The position numbers and the translations under genes were made by a program. 37,994 bases of DNA. Source: Candidatus Omnitrophota bacterium. Lineage in GTDB: Bacteria > Omnitrophota > Gorgyraeia > Gygaellales > Profunditerraquicolaceae. Shown here one piece after another: positions 17,600 to 26,563 of the stretch (the stretch's first letter is position 1; every line of letters begins with the position of its first letter). The stretch covers positions 1-37,994 of the forward strand of contig JAZDLA010000012.1 in NCBI GenBank assembly GCA_043802425.1. The letters run 5' to 3'. The notes beneath the pieces are model-generated. The model was not told the DNA's origin. It saw nothing but the letters and a program-made list of their open reading frames with translations, and searched no databases.

Positions 17600-17628
17600 G
17601 CTCGGTTTAGCACTCGCGGAGCTTTTTT
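17600..17628 (+). terminator. Intrinsic-terminator-like hairpin plus T6 behind the tRNA fragment (copy B of the repeat)
   Basis: GCTCGGT-ttagcactc-GCGGAGC (one mismatch) followed by TTTTTTATTTTT. Confidence 0.4.
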
Positions 17629-17652
17629 ATTTTTACAAACATTGCGCTTAAA

Positions 17653-19104
17653 ATGAAGATTAAGAAAGTATTGTTGCTAGTCCCGCGTTATGCAAAAAGC
17701 CGTTACCGGTCTAATCTGGGGGCAGGAATCGGCTATATTGCCGAGGCGCTTTATGAGAACGGAATCGAATATAGGTACCTGGACATGGCTTTTGCTGATT
17801 CTGCGAAGACTCTGTCCGGGACGCTCAAAGAATTTAGGCCGGATCTTATCGGTATTTCGATGCTGACCTTTAGATACAAAGATCATTATCGCCTGGCTAG
17901 GTATATTAAAGACACCCTGTCAAGAGCGTTGGTCGGCGTAGGAGGAGCGCACGCTTGTTTATGCGCAGGTAAAATATTAGAAGACTGCCCTAGCGTAGAT
18001 ATAGTTTTTAGAGGCGAGGGAGAAAGGGCACTGATAGATTTATGTAACGGTAAAGATTGTTCAGAGATAAGAGGGTTGATATATTCTGATAACGGAAAAA
18101 TAAAAGATACCGGGAAAACGGATTTTATCTATGATTTGGATAGCCTTTCTTTTCCCCGCTATCGCGGCTTTGCGCTGGAAAGGTATATTGACAGAAGATT
18201 CAATGTTATGCCGGTCATTTCCTCCAGGGGTTGTCCTTACCAGTGCAGTTATTGCCCGGTAGAACAGTCTATGGGGTGCGATTTTAGGATGCGTAGTGCC
18301 ACCGGCATCATAGATGAAATTGAATACTGGTTTACCAGAGGCTATTACCGTTTTAGTATATCCGACGATAATTTTACCCTTGACCGCGCGCGGGTGGTAA
18401 AAATCTGCGCAGAGCTTAAGAAAAGAAATTTGAAGGGATTAAAGTTAAGTTGTGATAACGGCATACGGGCTGACCGCGTGGACCGCGCTTTACTTGGGAT
18501 GATGAAAGAAGCTGGGTTCTGGAGGATCGCTTACGGCGTTGAGGCAGGCAACGATAAAATCCTTTGTGCTCTTGGTAAAGGGTTGGATCTGGCCACAACA
18601 GAGAAGGCAATTAAAGATGCATGCGACTTAGGATATACGGTCAGGCTGTTTTTCCTTATAGGTTCCCCCAAAGAAACCTGGAGTGATTTTGAAGATTCCC
18701 TGAGATTAGCCAAAAAATACCCAGTTTTCGAAGTAAGCTTCTATCATATTATACCTTATCCCGGAACATCCCTGTTTAGCTGGATTCAGGATAACGGCTG
18801 TTTTCTGGATAGGCCAGAGAATTACCTACACTATGCAGCCGGAAAGATGAATATCCCGGTTTTTTATACCAGAGAATTTTCTCTAAAAGAGCGCGAATCC
18901 GCTTTTATTTATGCCAGGAAGGTCTCTTCGAAGATAGTAAAGGCGGCGTTAAAAGAGAAGCTGAAGTCTTTTGGTTTATTGGGTTCTTTAGTTTCTGAAT
19001 TGTATGGAATTAATTTATTTAATCGGCTATTAGAATGGCCTCTATCCCGTAAGTTAATATTGAGATTTTTGAAGCATTTTATTGATAAGGTGTTAGCGTC
19101 TTAA
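17653..19104 (+). CDS. B12-binding-domain radical SAM protein
   Basis: 483 aa. An N-terminal Rossmann-like cobalamin-binding-type domain (LLVPRY..., DLIGISMLT) is followed by the radical SAM cluster motif GCPYQCSYC. Confidence 0.8.
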   Translation: MKIKKVLLLVPRYAKSRYRSNLGAGIGYIAEALYENGIEYRYLDMAFADSAKTLSGTLKEFRPDLIGISMLTFRYKDHYRLARYIKDTLSRALVGVGGAHACLCAGKILEDCPSVDIVFRGEGERALIDLCNGKDCSEIRGLIYSDNGKIKDTGKTDFIYDLDSLSFPRYRGFALERYIDRRFNVMPVISSRGCPYQCSYCPVEQSMGCDFRMRSATGIIDEIEYWFTRGYYRFSISDDNFTLDRARVVKICAELKKRNLKGLKLSCDNGIRADRVDRALLGMMKEAGFWRIAYGVEAGNDKILCALGKGLDLATTEKAIKDACDLGYTVRLFFLIGSPKETWSDFEDSLRLAKKYPVFEVSFYHIIPYPGTSLFSWIQDNGCFLDRPENYLHYAAGKMNIPVFYTREFSLKERESAFIYARKVSSKIVKAALKEKLKSFGLLGSLVSELYGINLFNRLLEWPLSRKLILRFLKHFIDKVLAS

Positions 19105-19220
19105 TACCCTTGTTGAATACTCCACTCCCCGCATTCACCCATATAGAACAAAAGGTTGACATGGGCCAAGCCATTGTGGATAATAATGTTACACCGAACA
19201 CAGCTTCTTCATTCCCCAAG

Positions 19221-20735
19221 ATGCTAAAGAAAGCCTTACTATCCTTGCTGTGGCTATTTTTTTTCAACGCGCCCTGTATGGGAGCAGTCCTATTGGAAAC
19301 AGAAAACACTGCTTTATCCCTGGACACCTATTCTAGATGCGATCTAGTCAACTTTAAGAATGTAGTGGATTTAGACACCGGTAATAGCGATGATAGCACG
19401 GTGTATCTAGGCATCGATTATAGTTTTGCTTCTAGCTTGGAATTTAAAAACGGGGGACCGAAATATTATTTGAAATTAGAAAGGAACGGCCCGGGCGATT
19501 ATAATGCGCCTTTATTTGTGCATAATACGCTGATGACTACCGGGGGAGTGATTGAGGAATACCGCAATGATGAGCTCCTGCCTCAAGCAGAAGAATTCTG
19601 GTTAGATATGCCGCTAAGGAATAATTATAGATTTAAGCTGGGCCTCTATGCTTATGAGGTAGGCGAGGGCTTTAGCCTTAATGGCGCATACGAGAATTAC
19701 GGATTCACGTTTTATAAAGAATGGCCGAATGCGTTGTTAAAATTTTACTATTGCCGTCCGGATGTAGTTTATAAGAATCATCTGGGGCCGCGCATCCGCC
19801 AGGACGAAGAGCAGGGTTATGTTTACAACCCCAACGCCGCTAATTTCTTTGCCACAGATGTCAAGATTAAGTGGGATGAGAGCTATTTTCATCCTTATCT
19901 TGGCGTTCTTGCGGATTATACCTCGGAAGGTAAAAGGGATAATCTTTTCACAGCACCCATCAAAAAAGATATCTTAGGGACGCTGGGCTTTGCCTGTAGT
20001 TTAAGGCGGCAAAAATTATCCCTTACTACAGAGATAGCGCATAATTTTGGCAAGGCCGAGAGCGCAAGTTCGGATTATAAAGATATCTATCATACCGGGT
20101 ATATGCTCTATACGGATGTAGCCTATGGTTTAGAAAAGTTTACTCCCAGGTTTAAGTTTCTGCTCGCTTCCGGGAATAAAGTGGATTTGGATATGGTACA
20201 AAACCAGGATGCGACCCTGACCAGCGGTAAAAACCGGGCCTTTAGCCCCTCTTCCCCTTTGAATATGAACCTTTCAGATTCTATCGGTAACTGCCATTCG
20301 GAAATCCGGCCCCTTGTGGCTATGGGTAGCTGCTACGGGTTAAGTTACGGTGTTCCCCGACCGAATACATTTTATGCTACAGATTTCGATAATTTAATTA
20401 TTACTGCCTTAGGGTTTGAATTTAAGGCGACTGGAAAGCTGAACATTATCTTTGACGGGCTTTACCTAGAGTCTTTGGAGAGAGGCGCAGGCATGCTAGA
20501 CGGCGAGGCAAAATATTTATCCCGGGGTTTAGGCTACGAATTCGATTTAATTGCCGAGTATCAACTGAACGATAATCTCTTGCTTAGCGCTTCCGGAGGA
20601 TATTTCGTTCCCGGCAGGTACTATAAAGAAAAAAGAGACGATACGGACGGAAGCTTATTCAACCCTTATTTACGGGGGGACGGGCACGTCAATCCCGCCT
20701 ACCAGATAGAGATGTCCCTGGAGCTTAAATTCTAA
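19221..20735 (+). CDS. Outer-membrane beta-barrel protein (porin / alginate-export-like)
   Basis: The ORF is open from 19110, but the signal peptide MLKKALLSLLWLFFFNAPCMGAV begins at ATG 19221. Strand patterns alternate aromatic and polar residues, and the C terminus is LELKF (terminal Phe). Confidence 0.55.
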   Translation: MLKKALLSLLWLFFFNAPCMGAVLLETENTALSLDTYSRCDLVNFKNVVDLDTGNSDDSTVYLGIDYSFASSLEFKNGGPKYYLKLERNGPGDYNAPLFVHNTLMTTGGVIEEYRNDELLPQAEEFWLDMPLRNNYRFKLGLYAYEVGEGFSLNGAYENYGFTFYKEWPNALLKFYYCRPDVVYKNHLGPRIRQDEEQGYVYNPNAANFFATDVKIKWDESYFHPYLGVLADYTSEGKRDNLFTAPIKKDILGTLGFACSLRRQKLSLTTEIAHNFGKAESASSDYKDIYHTGYMLYTDVAYGLEKFTPRFKFLLASGNKVDLDMVQNQDATLTSGKNRAFSPSSPLNMNLSDSIGNCHSEIRPLVAMGSCYGLSYGVPRPNTFYATDFDNLIITALGFEFKATGKLNIIFDGLYLESLERGAGMLDGEAKYLSRGLGYEFDLIAEYQLNDNLLLSASGGYFVPGRYYKEKRDDTDGSLFNPYLRGDGHVNPAYQIEMSLELKF

Positions 20736-20750
20736 AGGAGGGGAGAAATA

Positions 20751-21071
20751 ATGGTTACTTTGGAAGATTTCAAAAAATTAGAATTAAAAGTGGCCGTGAT
20801 CAAGGAGGTCGCGGAGCATCCTAATGCCGACAGGCTATATATTATCACAGTGGATTTAGGCGATAAGACAAAACAGGTGGTAGCGGGGATCAGGGGTTCG
20901 TATCAAAAAGAAGATCTTTTAGGTAAGCAGGTGGTGGTAGCGGATAACTTAGAGCCTGCGGTTTTGCGCGGGATAGAAAGTCAGGGGATGATTCTTGCCG
21001 CTTCAGACGAAGATGGCATAGCGGTTATCACTACAGAAAGAAGAGTTAAGCTGGGCAGCATTGTGAAATGA
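20751..21071 (+). CDS. tRNA-binding domain protein (CsaA / Trbp111-like, EMAP fold)
   Basis: 106 aa. EHPNADRLYIITVDLGDKTKQVVAGI and QGMILAA blocks are present. A strong SD (AAAGGAGGGGAG) lies upstream. Confidence 0.8.
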   Translation: MVTLEDFKKLELKVAVIKEVAEHPNADRLYIITVDLGDKTKQVVAGIRGSYQKEDLLGKQVVVADNLEPAVLRGIESQGMILAASDEDGIAVITTERRVKLGSIVK

Positions 21072-21571
21072 TTAAACAAATTATTCCTCAAGAGTTTTGT
21101 TTAAAATGCCTGGGCTGTTGTAGATTTAAGCAGATAGATTCTGTCTGGTCGCCCTGCCTTTTAGACGAAGAGATACAGGATTTATTGGATAAAAAAATTC
21201 CCCCTGCGCTTATCTCCTTAAATAAAAAACTCCTTCCTATTCCTGCTCTGCAAGGAGCAGGCTTTATCTGTCCTTTTCTGGAGGCAAAAGACAATCAATG
21301 TAAAATCTATGACCTACGTCCCCTGGAGTGTCAGCTCTACCCTTTCCTTCTTAATTTAAGAGGTAGAAAGATTATTCTGACGCTGGATTTAAATTGCCCC
21401 TATGTTAGGGAGCATTCCAAAAGCCAGGAGTTTAAAATTTATACCGATTATTTAATTGCTTTTCTTAATTCTCCCGCTCAGGTTAAAACCCTGAAAGACA
21501 ACCCCCAGATTATACAGGCTTACGAAGAAGTCCTGGAGATTATCGAATTAGGGTTACCTGATGAAGCTTAA
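21068..21571 (+). CDS. YkgJ-family Cys-cluster (CxxCxxCC) zinc/iron-chelating domain protein
   Basis: 167 aa. CLKCLGCCRF is near the N terminus, and further conserved Cys occur at CPFL and CQLYPF. Confidence 0.65.
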   Translation: MIKQIIPQEFCLKCLGCCRFKQIDSVWSPCLLDEEIQDLLDKKIPPALISLNKKLLPIPALQGAGFICPFLEAKDNQCKIYDLRPLECQLYPFLLNLRGRKIILTLDLNCPYVREHSKSQEFKIYTDYLIAFLNSPAQVKTLKDNPQIIQAYEEVLEIIELGLPDEA

Positions 21572-22460
21572 GAATTTGTCCATCAAAGATAAGGGCCTGT
21601 TGCGTAAATTCTTAGGCTTAAGCAGGCACGAGTTAGCCGTTTATGCCTTTGAAAATATCTACATCTGGAAGGGGCTTTTTGATATTTATTGGAAGATAAT
21701 TGAAAATAGCCTCTGCGTATTTTTTAAAGATAAGTTCGACTGCTTTCTATATCTTGCCCCCTTAGCTAAGAACAATAATCCAGTGGTGATCAAAGAAGCC
21801 TTTAAGATTATGGACGGGTTGAATAAAAATAAAGAGGTATCGCGTATAGAGAATATCGAAGAAGAGGATGTGCCTTTCTACCAGGCCCTGGGTTATGCTT
21901 GTAGTAAAAAATCCTACGATTACCTTTGCCGCAGAACAGACTTAGTGCAATTAAAAGGCAACCGATTTAAATCCAAGCGATCTTGCTTTAATTATTTTAC
22001 CAAACATTACGCATTCCATGACCTTGTCCTTTCTTTAAGGTATAGAGATGATTGTATCAAGCTATATAATTCCTGGATGCAGGAGCGCAAAACGCACACT
22101 AAAGATCGGGTGTATCTGGGTATGCTTGAAGATAGCCTAAATTGTCTTGAGAGCGCGTTTACTAATTACTCGCGCCTGGGCTTTATAGGCAGATTGGTAA
22201 AAATCAATAAAGAAACCAAGGCCTTTACCTTTGGTTTTAGGTTAAACCCGGATACTTTCTGCATATTATACGAGATTGCAGACTTATCGATTAAGGGCCT
22301 AAGCCAGTTTATCTTTCGTCGGTTCTCTAATGCATTAGAAGGTTATAAATATATAAATATTATGGATGATTCGGGGTTAGAGAATCTTAAACAGACAAAG
22401 CTCTCTTATCACCCCGCAAAATTGATTCAGGCTTATATTGCTAAAAGAAAGAATGGATAG
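21561..22460 (+). CDS. DUF2156-like protein (fold related to the C-terminal domain of lysyl-phosphatidylglycerol synthases)
   Basis: 299 aa. The KGNRFKSKRSCFNYFTKHY block and overall length fit my memory of DUF2156. No search was possible. Confidence 0.45.
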   Translation: MKLKNLSIKDKGLLRKFLGLSRHELAVYAFENIYIWKGLFDIYWKIIENSLCVFFKDKFDCFLYLAPLAKNNNPVVIKEAFKIMDGLNKNKEVSRIENIEEEDVPFYQALGYACSKKSYDYLCRRTDLVQLKGNRFKSKRSCFNYFTKHYAFHDLVLSLRYRDDCIKLYNSWMQERKTHTKDRVYLGMLEDSLNCLESAFTNYSRLGFIGRLVKINKETKAFTFGFRLNPDTFCILYEIADLSIKGLSQFIFRRFSNALEGYKYINIMDDSGLENLKQTKLSYHPAKLIQAYIAKRKNG

Positions 22461-23274
22461 AAATATAGATGAGGTAGAGTTTACTATCTTTGATACCGAA
22501 ACCACCGGTCTTGATCCGGAGTCAGGGGATAGGATTGTGGAGATTGCCGGCATAAGATTTAAGGGGAGAGAGAAAATAGCTACATTTCAAACCCTGGTTA
22601 ATCCCCACAGGCTTATCTCTGAGGCTGCTTTTGCCGTGAATAGGATTACGCCGCAGATGCTTAAGAGCGCACCCAAGATAAGCCGGGTGATGCCTGAATT
22701 CTTAGATTTTATCCAGGATAGCTGCCTGTGTTCTTATAACGCCACCTTTGATTTAGGATTCTTGAGGAACGAATTAAAGCTCCTGGGTAAGAATTTACCG
22801 CGTAATAATGCGGTAGCGGATATATTGAGAATGGCAAAGAGGACTCTGCCGGGCCTTGAGCGTTATGCGTTATGGTTTGTCGCAGACAGGCTGGGAATAA
22901 AAACCGCACAGCAGCATCGGGCATTTGCCGACGTAGAACTTACTCTGGCGGTATTCTATAAACTAAAGGAAATACTAAAGACTAAAGGCATAGGAGATTT
23001 TGCGAATTTCTTTAGCCTCTTCGGACTCAGCTCAGAATTATTAGAGAACCTCAATAATCAAAAATTGGCTAAGATACAACAGGCTTTGGATTTAGGGGTA
23101 AAGCTTAAAATAAAATACCTTTCTAGTTGCGAAGCCGCGGTTTCAGAACGCGATGTTATACCCAAAGAAATCCGACAGGAGAAGGACCGGCATTACCTGG
23201 TAGGTCACTGTTGCCTAAGGAATGAAGAACGCACTTTTAGAATAGATGGCATATTACATCTTGAAATCGTATAA
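22453..23274 (+). CDS. DEDDh 3'-5' exonuclease (DnaQ/epsilon-like) fused to a C-terminal WYL-like domain
   Basis: Exo I is FDTETTGL, Exo II is YNATFDLGFL, Exo III is HRAFADVELT. The C terminus reads KIKYLSS...ERDVIPKEI...HYLVGHCCLRNEERTFRIDGI (WYL-type pattern). The ORF is open from TTG 22438; ATG 22453 is preferred. Confidence 0.75.
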   Translation: MDRNIDEVEFTIFDTETTGLDPESGDRIVEIAGIRFKGREKIATFQTLVNPHRLISEAAFAVNRITPQMLKSAPKISRVMPEFLDFIQDSCLCSYNATFDLGFLRNELKLLGKNLPRNNAVADILRMAKRTLPGLERYALWFVADRLGIKTAQQHRAFADVELTLAVFYKLKEILKTKGIGDFANFFSLFGLSSELLENLNNQKLAKIQQALDLGVKLKIKYLSSCEAAVSERDVIPKEIRQEKDRHYLVGHCCLRNEERTFRIDGILHLEIV

Positions 23275-24613
23275 ATTAAAGATCGACCCCTTTAAGATTT
23301 TTGCGGCCTTAAAGGACCAGAAGAATTGTTTTTTCTTAGACAGCAGCTTAAACATAGGCCCTATGGGTAGATACTCCTTTTTAGGGATAGACCCTTTTCA
23401 TGTTTTAAAGACAAAGAATGAGGATCCTCTCCCAAAATTAAGAGATATATTGGGCCGCTTTCAAATTTCTGATTTTAAAAGTAACCTTCCGCTTCTTGGC
23501 GGCGCAGTAGGGTATCTGGCTTATGATTTAGGCTTTACCTTAGAAAAAAAATTAAAAACCAGATCCAAGGAAACCCTGAAACTTCCGGATTGCCTATTTG
23601 GATTTTATAATTCTATAATTATCATCGATCATTTTAAAGGGCTGCTGCATATATTTGCCGTGGGATTCCCCGAGAGAAATCGCCGTTTGGCTAAGTTGCT
23701 CTCAGAAGCTAACTTTAAAAGAATACATAAGTTAATCTCCCAATTAAACTCAGTTAAGCATACCGACAAGAAAGATATGCCCAGGACCAGGCGTCCGGAA
23801 TTAAAATCTAATTTTAGCAAAAAAGATTACCTTTTGGCTATTAAAAAAGCCAAGGAATATATCAAAAAGGGCGATATCTACCAGGTAAACCTCTCTCAGG
23901 AATTTCAGGCCAGAACTGATTTATCCGGTTTTGAAATTTACCAGCGCCTGCGTAAAATCAGCCCGGCCTATTTTAACGCCTATTTCGATGCCGGGGATTA
24001 CCAGATTTTGAGCTCTTCTCCGGAGAGTTTCTTGAGATTAGAAGGCAACCTGGTCACCACGCGCCCGATGAAAGGCACGCGTCCGCGCGCCCAAGACAAA
24101 TTAAACGATGCGCAATTAAAGAAGGATTTATTAGATAGCGCAAAAGATAAAGCAGAACTGAACATGATTGTAGATTTAGAAAGGAATGACTTAGGCCGGG
24201 TCTGCGACTATGATTCTATAAAGGTAAATACGCTAAGACGGTTAGAAGAGTATAATACTGTCTTTCAGACTACCGCTACTATTTGTGGCCGGTTACATAA
24301 AGATAAGGATAGGTTGGACTTAATCCGCGCTTCTTTTCCCGGCGGATCTATTACTGGTTGTCCTAAGATCCGCGCTATGGAAATTATCGAAGAATTAGAG
24401 CCTACCCGGCGCTCTATTTATACGGGGAGCCTGGGCTATCTAAGTTTTTCCGGGAACATGGATTTAAACATTTTAATCCGCACTATCCTGAAAAAAGAGA
24501 GTAAGCTGTATTTTAGCGTAGGCGGAGGTATTGTTGCGGATTCAAAACCGGAAGATGAATATCAGGAGACACTGGTCAAGGCCAAGGCCATGATGGAGGC
24601 GATAAAGGCATAA
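23246..24613 (+). CDS. pabB: Aminodeoxychorismate synthase component I (chorismate-binding enzyme)
   Basis: 455 aa. Motifs are GDIYQVNLSQ, SSSPESFL, TRPMKGTRPR, FPGGSITGCPKIRAMEIIEELE and RSIYTGSLGY. It is adjacent to a pabC-like gene, which favours PabB over TrpE. Confidence 0.8.
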   Translation: MAYYILKSYKLKIDPFKIFAALKDQKNCFFLDSSLNIGPMGRYSFLGIDPFHVLKTKNEDPLPKLRDILGRFQISDFKSNLPLLGGAVGYLAYDLGFTLEKKLKTRSKETLKLPDCLFGFYNSIIIIDHFKGLLHIFAVGFPERNRRLAKLLSEANFKRIHKLISQLNSVKHTDKKDMPRTRRPELKSNFSKKDYLLAIKKAKEYIKKGDIYQVNLSQEFQARTDLSGFEIYQRLRKISPAYFNAYFDAGDYQILSSSPESFLRLEGNLVTTRPMKGTRPRAQDKLNDAQLKKDLLDSAKDKAELNMIVDLERNDLGRVCDYDSIKVNTLRRLEEYNTVFQTTATICGRLHKDKDRLDLIRASFPGGSITGCPKIRAMEIIEELEPTRRSIYTGSLGYLSFSGNMDLNILIRTILKKESKLYFSVGGGIVADSKPEDEYQETLVKAKAMMEAIKA

Positions 24614-24614
24614 T

Positions 24615-25442
24615 ATGGCAGACACTGTTTTCTTAAACGGAGAATTTATTCCGCAGGAAAAGGCAAAATTATCCGTATCTACACCCGGATTTTTATATGG
24701 CTGGGGATTATTTGAAACCCTGCGCGCGTATAATCACAGGATAGTCTATTTTACTGCGCACTTAGAAAGGATTAAACATTCCTGTAAGTTAATCGGCATA
24801 GGATTTCCTTATCCTATAGTTAAATTAAAAGAGGTTATTTTGAAAACGGTTAAGATTAACAAGTTGCAAGATGCATACGTGAGACTGACTCTTTGGAAAT
24901 CCCAGGCCGGGGCAGATACCTTGGTCAGCGCAAAAAAATACCAGTCTTATTCACCGGGAAAATATAGGAATGGTTTTTGTGCCTGCGTTTCTTCTATCCG
25001 GCAAAATGAAGAATCTCATTTAGCGCACCTTAAGACGACAAATTATCTTTTATGCAGGTTGGCTTATTTAGAAGCAGGGAAAAAAGGTTTTGATGAGGCG
25101 ATTATTTTGAATAACCGCGGTTATATTGCCGAAGGAAGCCGCGCCAACATATTCTTAATTAAAGCCAAAGAATTACTGACCCCGGCTTTAGGGTGCGGCT
25201 GTTTAGACGGGATTACCCGTAAGGCGGTCTTGAATCTGGCCAAGAAATATCATATCAAGGCCTACGCAGCCAACCTTACCTTATCCGATTTATATCAGGC
25301 CGACGAAGCTTTTTTGACTAATTCTTTATTCGGGATTATGCCTTTGGCATCAATAGAAAAACATAAAATCAATAAGGGTAGCGGTAGCTATGAAATGACC
25401 CGTTTCTTTATGGAAAAATACCGTTCTTTATTCAAAAGATGA
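24615..25442 (+). CDS. pabC: Aminodeoxychorismate lyase / class IV aminotransferase fold
   Basis: 275 aa. YGWGLFET, EGSRANIFLIK and LDGITR blocks are present. It starts 1 nt after the pabB stop. Confidence 0.75.
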   Translation: MADTVFLNGEFIPQEKAKLSVSTPGFLYGWGLFETLRAYNHRIVYFTAHLERIKHSCKLIGIGFPYPIVKLKEVILKTVKINKLQDAYVRLTLWKSQAGADTLVSAKKYQSYSPGKYRNGFCACVSSIRQNEESHLAHLKTTNYLLCRLAYLEAGKKGFDEAIILNNRGYIAEGSRANIFLIKAKELLTPALGCGCLDGITRKAVLNLAKKYHIKAYAANLTLSDLYQADEAFLTNSLFGIMPLASIEKHKINKGSGSYEMTRFFMEKYRSLFKR

Positions 25443-26560
25443 GACTTAAAAAGATCAAGCTCCCCTTTAAAATAAAAAAACCGATTCTGGCCTTAGGCCC
25501 ACAAACAAAAAACACTATCTGTTTTGCCAGCGGTTATTACGCTTACCTTAGCCCCCCGCACCAGGATTTAAGTAATCCCCAAGATTTTTCCGCTTTTGAA
25601 AAAACCGCAAAATTTTTTCTTAAGAAGAGCCCTAAAATTATCGCTTATGACTTACACCCCGAATATCAATCCACAAAATACGCCCTAGGGCTATACGCTA
25701 AACGCTATACGCTCTATGCCATACAACACCATCATGCCCACATTGCTTCCTGTATGTTGGAGAATGGTCTAGGTAATCAAAAAATAATCGGTGTAGCCTT
25801 TGATGGCACAGGGTTAGGCAGCGATAATAAACTTTGGGGAGGGGAATTCTTCATTTGTGACTATATAAATTTTAGAAGAGTAGTCCACCTAAAAGAAATT
25901 CCCCTTCTGGGTGGAGAAAAAGCGATACTTGAACCGCTAAGGATCGCTGTTGCCTGGCTTTATCTGGCATATAAAGATAGATTCTTAAATTTAGGCCTGG
26001 CTTTAATAAGAAAAATGGATAAGCAGAAATGGCCTGTGCTTAAAAATATGTATTTATCAGGATTCAACTCTCCGTCGGTCAGCAGTATGGGCCGGCTTTT
26101 TGATACCGTAGGTAGCCTGGTATCCGGGAAAGATAAGATTAATGCGGAAGCGGAATTAGCAATACAGCTAGAAAAATTAGCTACACGCTATAGGCTAAAG
26201 GCTACACACTATAAATTTAAGATTATCAAGGATAAAGACGGATATATTATAGACCCCTTACCCATGTTTAAAGAGATAATCAGGGACCTAAAAGCAAAAA
26301 AAGCAAAAGAAAAGATCGCTTATTGCTTTCACCTGACCATAGCAGAGATGATCAGAAAGGCCTGTTTAATCTTAAGGAGAGAGAATAAGATAAGCAGCGT
26401 AGTTTTATCCGGAGGCGTTTTTCAAAATAGTCTTTTACTTGGCCTGGCTTTAGATTTATTATATAAGGAAGGGTTCCAGGTATTTACGCATAAAGATCTA
26501 TCCTCCAGCGATTCTAGCATTTCCCTTGGGCAGATAGCGGTGGCAAATTTTCTGAGTTAA
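25439..26560 (+). CDS. hypF: HypF-like carbamoyltransferase, C-terminal Kae1-like domain only
   Basis: 373 aa. Motifs are ILALGPQTKNTICF, IAYDLHPEYQSTKYA, QHHHAHIASCM and GVAFDGTGLGSDNKLWGGEF. No acylphosphatase, CxxC zinc-finger or YrdC-like region is present. The ATG overlaps the pabC stop (ATGA). Confidence 0.8.
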   Translation: MRLKKIKLPFKIKKPILALGPQTKNTICFASGYYAYLSPPHQDLSNPQDFSAFEKTAKFFLKKSPKIIAYDLHPEYQSTKYALGLYAKRYTLYAIQHHHAHIASCMLENGLGNQKIIGVAFDGTGLGSDNKLWGGEFFICDYINFRRVVHLKEIPLLGGEKAILEPLRIAVAWLYLAYKDRFLNLGLALIRKMDKQKWPVLKNMYLSGFNSPSVSSMGRLFDTVGSLVSGKDKINAEAELAIQLEKLATRYRLKATHYKFKIIKDKDGYIIDPLPMFKEIIRDLKAKKAKEKIAYCFHLTIAEMIRKACLILRRENKISSVVLSGGVFQNSLLLGLALDLLYKEGFQVFTHKDLSSSDSSISLGQIAVANFLS

Positions 26561-26563
26561 AAT

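Noticed and set aside
19110-19220. A 37-codon N-terminal extension of the outer-membrane barrel ORF
   Set aside because: The extension is not signal-like. A textbook signal peptide begins at the internal ATG 19221, so the shorter model is preferred.
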